Part shown: positions 60,675-64,000 of the stretch, one piece after another
Numbering within the stretch: the stretch's first letter is position 1
Layout of the letters: the number at the start of each line of letters is the position of its first letter
Made by a program: the position numbers and the translations under genes
Notes under the pieces: generated by a model
Told to the model about the DNA's origin: nothing
The model's input: only the letters and a program-made list of their open reading frames with translations
Databases searched by the model: none
Source of the DNA: Mytilus californianus
Taxonomy: Eukaryota
Length of the DNA stretch: 64,000 nucleotides
Direction of reading: 5' to 3'
Assembly: GCF_021869535.1 (NCBI RefSeq)
Contig: NW_026262734.1
Span: 65,782,001 to 65,846,000 of the forward strand

Positions 60675-62160
60675 GTTTATGAACCAAATCTCCCTGTTTC
60701 CAAAATAAAACTTTGTACAACTTTAAAAATATTTTCGTTTTCCTCATCACTGATGAGTTCACTACCTGATAATAATGTTTGTATATTATATCTTGGTAGT
60801 GTGGAAATGGTTTGTGTCCTATTGAGTCTATAATTATGACATTCTAGCAGATAGTGTTTGCTGCTCTCAACTTGTCCACAAATACAGAGGCTTGAAAGAA
60901 CAATATGTTTCTGTAAAAAGGTGTTCATTTAAGCCACTGCAGTTCAACCGGAGTCTGGCGTGAAGTATTTGGCCTTTTCTACAACCAGTATTATAAAATG
61001 TAGGGACTTTCTAAATATCACGATTTATATAATTTTTAAGTGTAATTTTTGATGGATTACATCTTACATCTTGTGGAAGGCTGTTCCATTCACGAATAAC
61101 AGATGGTAGGAAGGAATTTTGATAAAAAGTAGCTCTACAGTTCATGTTTTGAACGTTAAATGCCCTTCTAGTATTATAGTTATAAACTTGATAAAGTTGT
61201 TGAGGTACGAGACTATATATACACAGATAATTAGGAGCTTGATCATGAAACATTTCGCAAAGTTTGAGAATTTTATGTCTGGATCTTCTTTCACTCAGAG
61301 ATACCCAACCATTATTATTATAAAGTTTAGATTTAGAACAAAGTTTGGTGGAACCTGTGACTATACAAGCCGCTTCTATTTGGATGCTCTCTAGTTTGTC
61401 CTTTAAATAATTGGTATGTTATCCCACACAGTTTCCGCATATTAGAGAATAGGCCTGATGAAACTGGTATAAATAACTTGTAGATTATTACGCGATAACT
61501 TAAACTTTAAACTCCTCATAATATTTAAGTACGGCGTAGCTTTATCAATAATATAATTAACATGACTTTCCCAACAGCCGCTTTCTTGAAAAATTAACCC
61601 TAAATGTTTATGTTTTTCAACCTCTTGTATCAGCGTATCATTCATATATATTGCGTTGATTATGGGGTTTTGCTGTTTTTCTAGATATGGTCATGGTTTC
61701 AGTTTTTCTTGGATTAAAATTAACGAGCCATTGTTGAGACCACAAGTGAATTTTTTCTATATCAGAGTTCATTAATTCAGCCGTAGCATACTCGTTCTCA
61801 ACAACTATATATAATAATGTATCGTCAGCGAAATGTCTGATGTTGCATGATATGTCACATACAATATCATTTATAAATAATAAAAATAATACAGGGCCTA
61901 ATATTGAGCCCTGGGGGACACTTGCTTTAATTCTATAAACATCAGAGGTCTGTCCTCCTATGAAAACTCTTTGTCTTCTCTCAGATAAAAAACTTTTGAA
62001 CCATTTCAGTAAGTCCCCTCTTATTCCATATTTTTCTTGTTTATGAAAGAGGCCGTCATGCCAGACCCGGTCGAACGCTTTACTGATATCACAAAACACA
62101 ACTCTGATTTCCTTTCCAGAATCAAGGGCTTTAGCAATATCGTTGGTAATATAATGGTTG
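60675..62160 (-). mobile_element. Second CR1-like LINE fragment (RT C-terminal half)
   Basis: Motifs DISKAFDRVWH, VPQGSILGPVLF, FADD and HKHLGLIF occur across the frameshifted ORFs 61638..62186, 61442..61645, 61011..61253 and 60677..60928. Confidence 0.9.
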
Positions 62161-64000
62161 GAATCCCCCTTTACCCTGGAACCCACTTTTATAAATGGCT
62201 GGATCCATCCCTGCTGCTAAAGGTAGAAGTGGAGGGGTGGGGGTTGGCGGGTAAGGGGGTGGGGGTACTAAATCAAAATCCATAGATTTTTTTAATAATT
62301 TGATAAAATTCAGTTTTATATAAAAAAATATGGGTCACGTGGCTTTTATTCAAGCTACATCTTGGGTAAAATGTGGAAAACACAATTTCTTGGGATAGAA
62401 AGACAACTAAACCAAAGAGCTTTAAGATAAAATATGAGACAATAGCTCTTAGAAATTAAAACAAAATTATGATCACGGGACTCGTTTTCTTTTAACAAAA
62501 CAAAATAGGTAACCAGTATACAAGTTACATTATCTGAGTTATCCCCCCTCATATGGCGGGAAAAATTGAATCAAATAACAGATATATTTTTTTTGTAAAA
62601 ACAGTCGCAAGAATATGATAAAACATAATTTTCTTGGTTAAGTAGAAAAGTCTTACACAAGAATTGCATTCTTCTCTTAAGATCGCACATTACATTAAAG
62701 ATATAGACCGATTGTTTGATTTGCATTGTTTTCTGCTATATAAATCCAAGATGGCAGAAGACACCCGAGCTTCCTTAAACGTATTGGCATAGTTTGCAAA
62801 ACTTGCATTAAACTAAAATATATGCAGAAAATTAGTGTTGGGTTTTCTTTTATCAAACATATCAAATTGGTTTACACAAGTGGTCCGCACTTAAATCGCA
62901 AATTGTGTTTTGAACTTGATGTGTACTTAGGCATTGTTTTATCCGTTTTAAATTGTATCATATTTGTTGGTTAACTGGAGGTCTAAAGTTCGACAGTAGG
63001 TTCAAAATTAAGATAGCATCAATTTTGCTGTTCGTATGGATGACAGCCTAAATTTGCAAAATATTTTTGCCTCCATTTAGTTGTTTGTTAATATGTAAGA
63101 CAGCCTCCATTTAGCTGTTTGATATGTAAGACAGCCTCTATGTGGCTGTTCGAATGAATTGTGGGCTCCATTTTGCTATTTGAGATGTGTCAATCGGTAG
63201 TCAACTGTAGACTAGTCAAAATGGAGACTTATTCTCACAATTCATGATCAGTATTTTATCTTGTCCGTATTTTTTTTTTTTTTTTTGAGAGCAAAGTAGT
63301 TTAACTTATTCTTTGTGTGCTTGTCAGATGCATGTTAATCAGTGGTTGACGTTGGTTCATGTCTGTCATATTTGTTTTTCGTAAACTTTATTGTATTATA
63401 CATTAGTACGTTAGTTTTTCTCTTTGATTTGTTTCACATTTTTCATATCGGGGCCTTTAATAGCCGACTATACGCCATGGATTTTTCTCATTGTTGAAGG
63501 TCGTACGGTGAACCATTACTGCTTTTATCTTCGTCATGTAAACTCTGGTCGATATATTTCCCTGTTGCATTCATATAACATCTCCTTATTTTTAGATTAA
63601 AAAAAATCTCCAATAGCACGTTAACGACAGTTTAAAAATAAATGACACTTTTTGCCAATTATCAAAGTAAAGTTGACGACCAAATCTATGTCCTTATTCT
63701 ATATATAATTTTTGCCTTTGCAGGTCACAGCTCGGTCTCGTAAGTATTTTTAAAACCTTTACTTTAAGAAAACATTTTTATAATAATGTTACTATCAGTG
63801 AGGGTCTAGATGGGGATCCTTTCATTTTTAAACTTTGGAATTTTTTTTTTATTATGCTCACAGCGCATTTGGAATGCAAAACACTTCACTGTAAGTTTCG
63901 GAGTTCTATGAGGGCCTGGATGGGAGTCCTTCAATTCTGTATTCTTTAATTTTCCAGGTTTTTTAATCTGTTTTCTATATATTGTTTGCCTATTAGTCTC

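Overview
AT-rich, intron-containing animal genomic DNA. The repeat landscape resembles a bivalve mollusc (Mytilus-like); this is an inference and was not verified. It is not prokaryotic, and no CRISPR or cas genes were seen. Host genes: (1) a complete 5-exon LRRC47 orthologue (LRR plus PheRS-beta B3/B4-like domain; 7231-13671, +, 545 aa by my splice model); (2) two complete tandem 3-exon UNC93A-like MFS genes (33436-39653, 479 aa; 43477-51164, 456 aa) plus an orphan frameshifted exon-2 copy (55971-56163). The rest is mostly mobile DNA: two degenerate CR1/L2-type LINEs, Penelope-like RT fragments and tails, Helentron-associated (HINE-like) elements, many TIR MITEs with readable TSDs, probable tRNA-SINEs, minisatellites and fold-backs. 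Main hunt result: three otherwise dissimilar interspersed repeat families share a core that maps onto a circularly permuted (P5-open) twister ribozyme. One family swaps pairs in both pseudoknots, and stem P1 is replaced by short palindromes. One copy (10708-10797, minus) has an intact core, and another lies downstream of a Penelope-like RT that ends without a C-terminal endonuclease. A degenerate type I hammerhead preceded by four tandem half-hammerheads is also present. All structures were aligned by eye, and no folding, covariance-model or BLAST searches were run.
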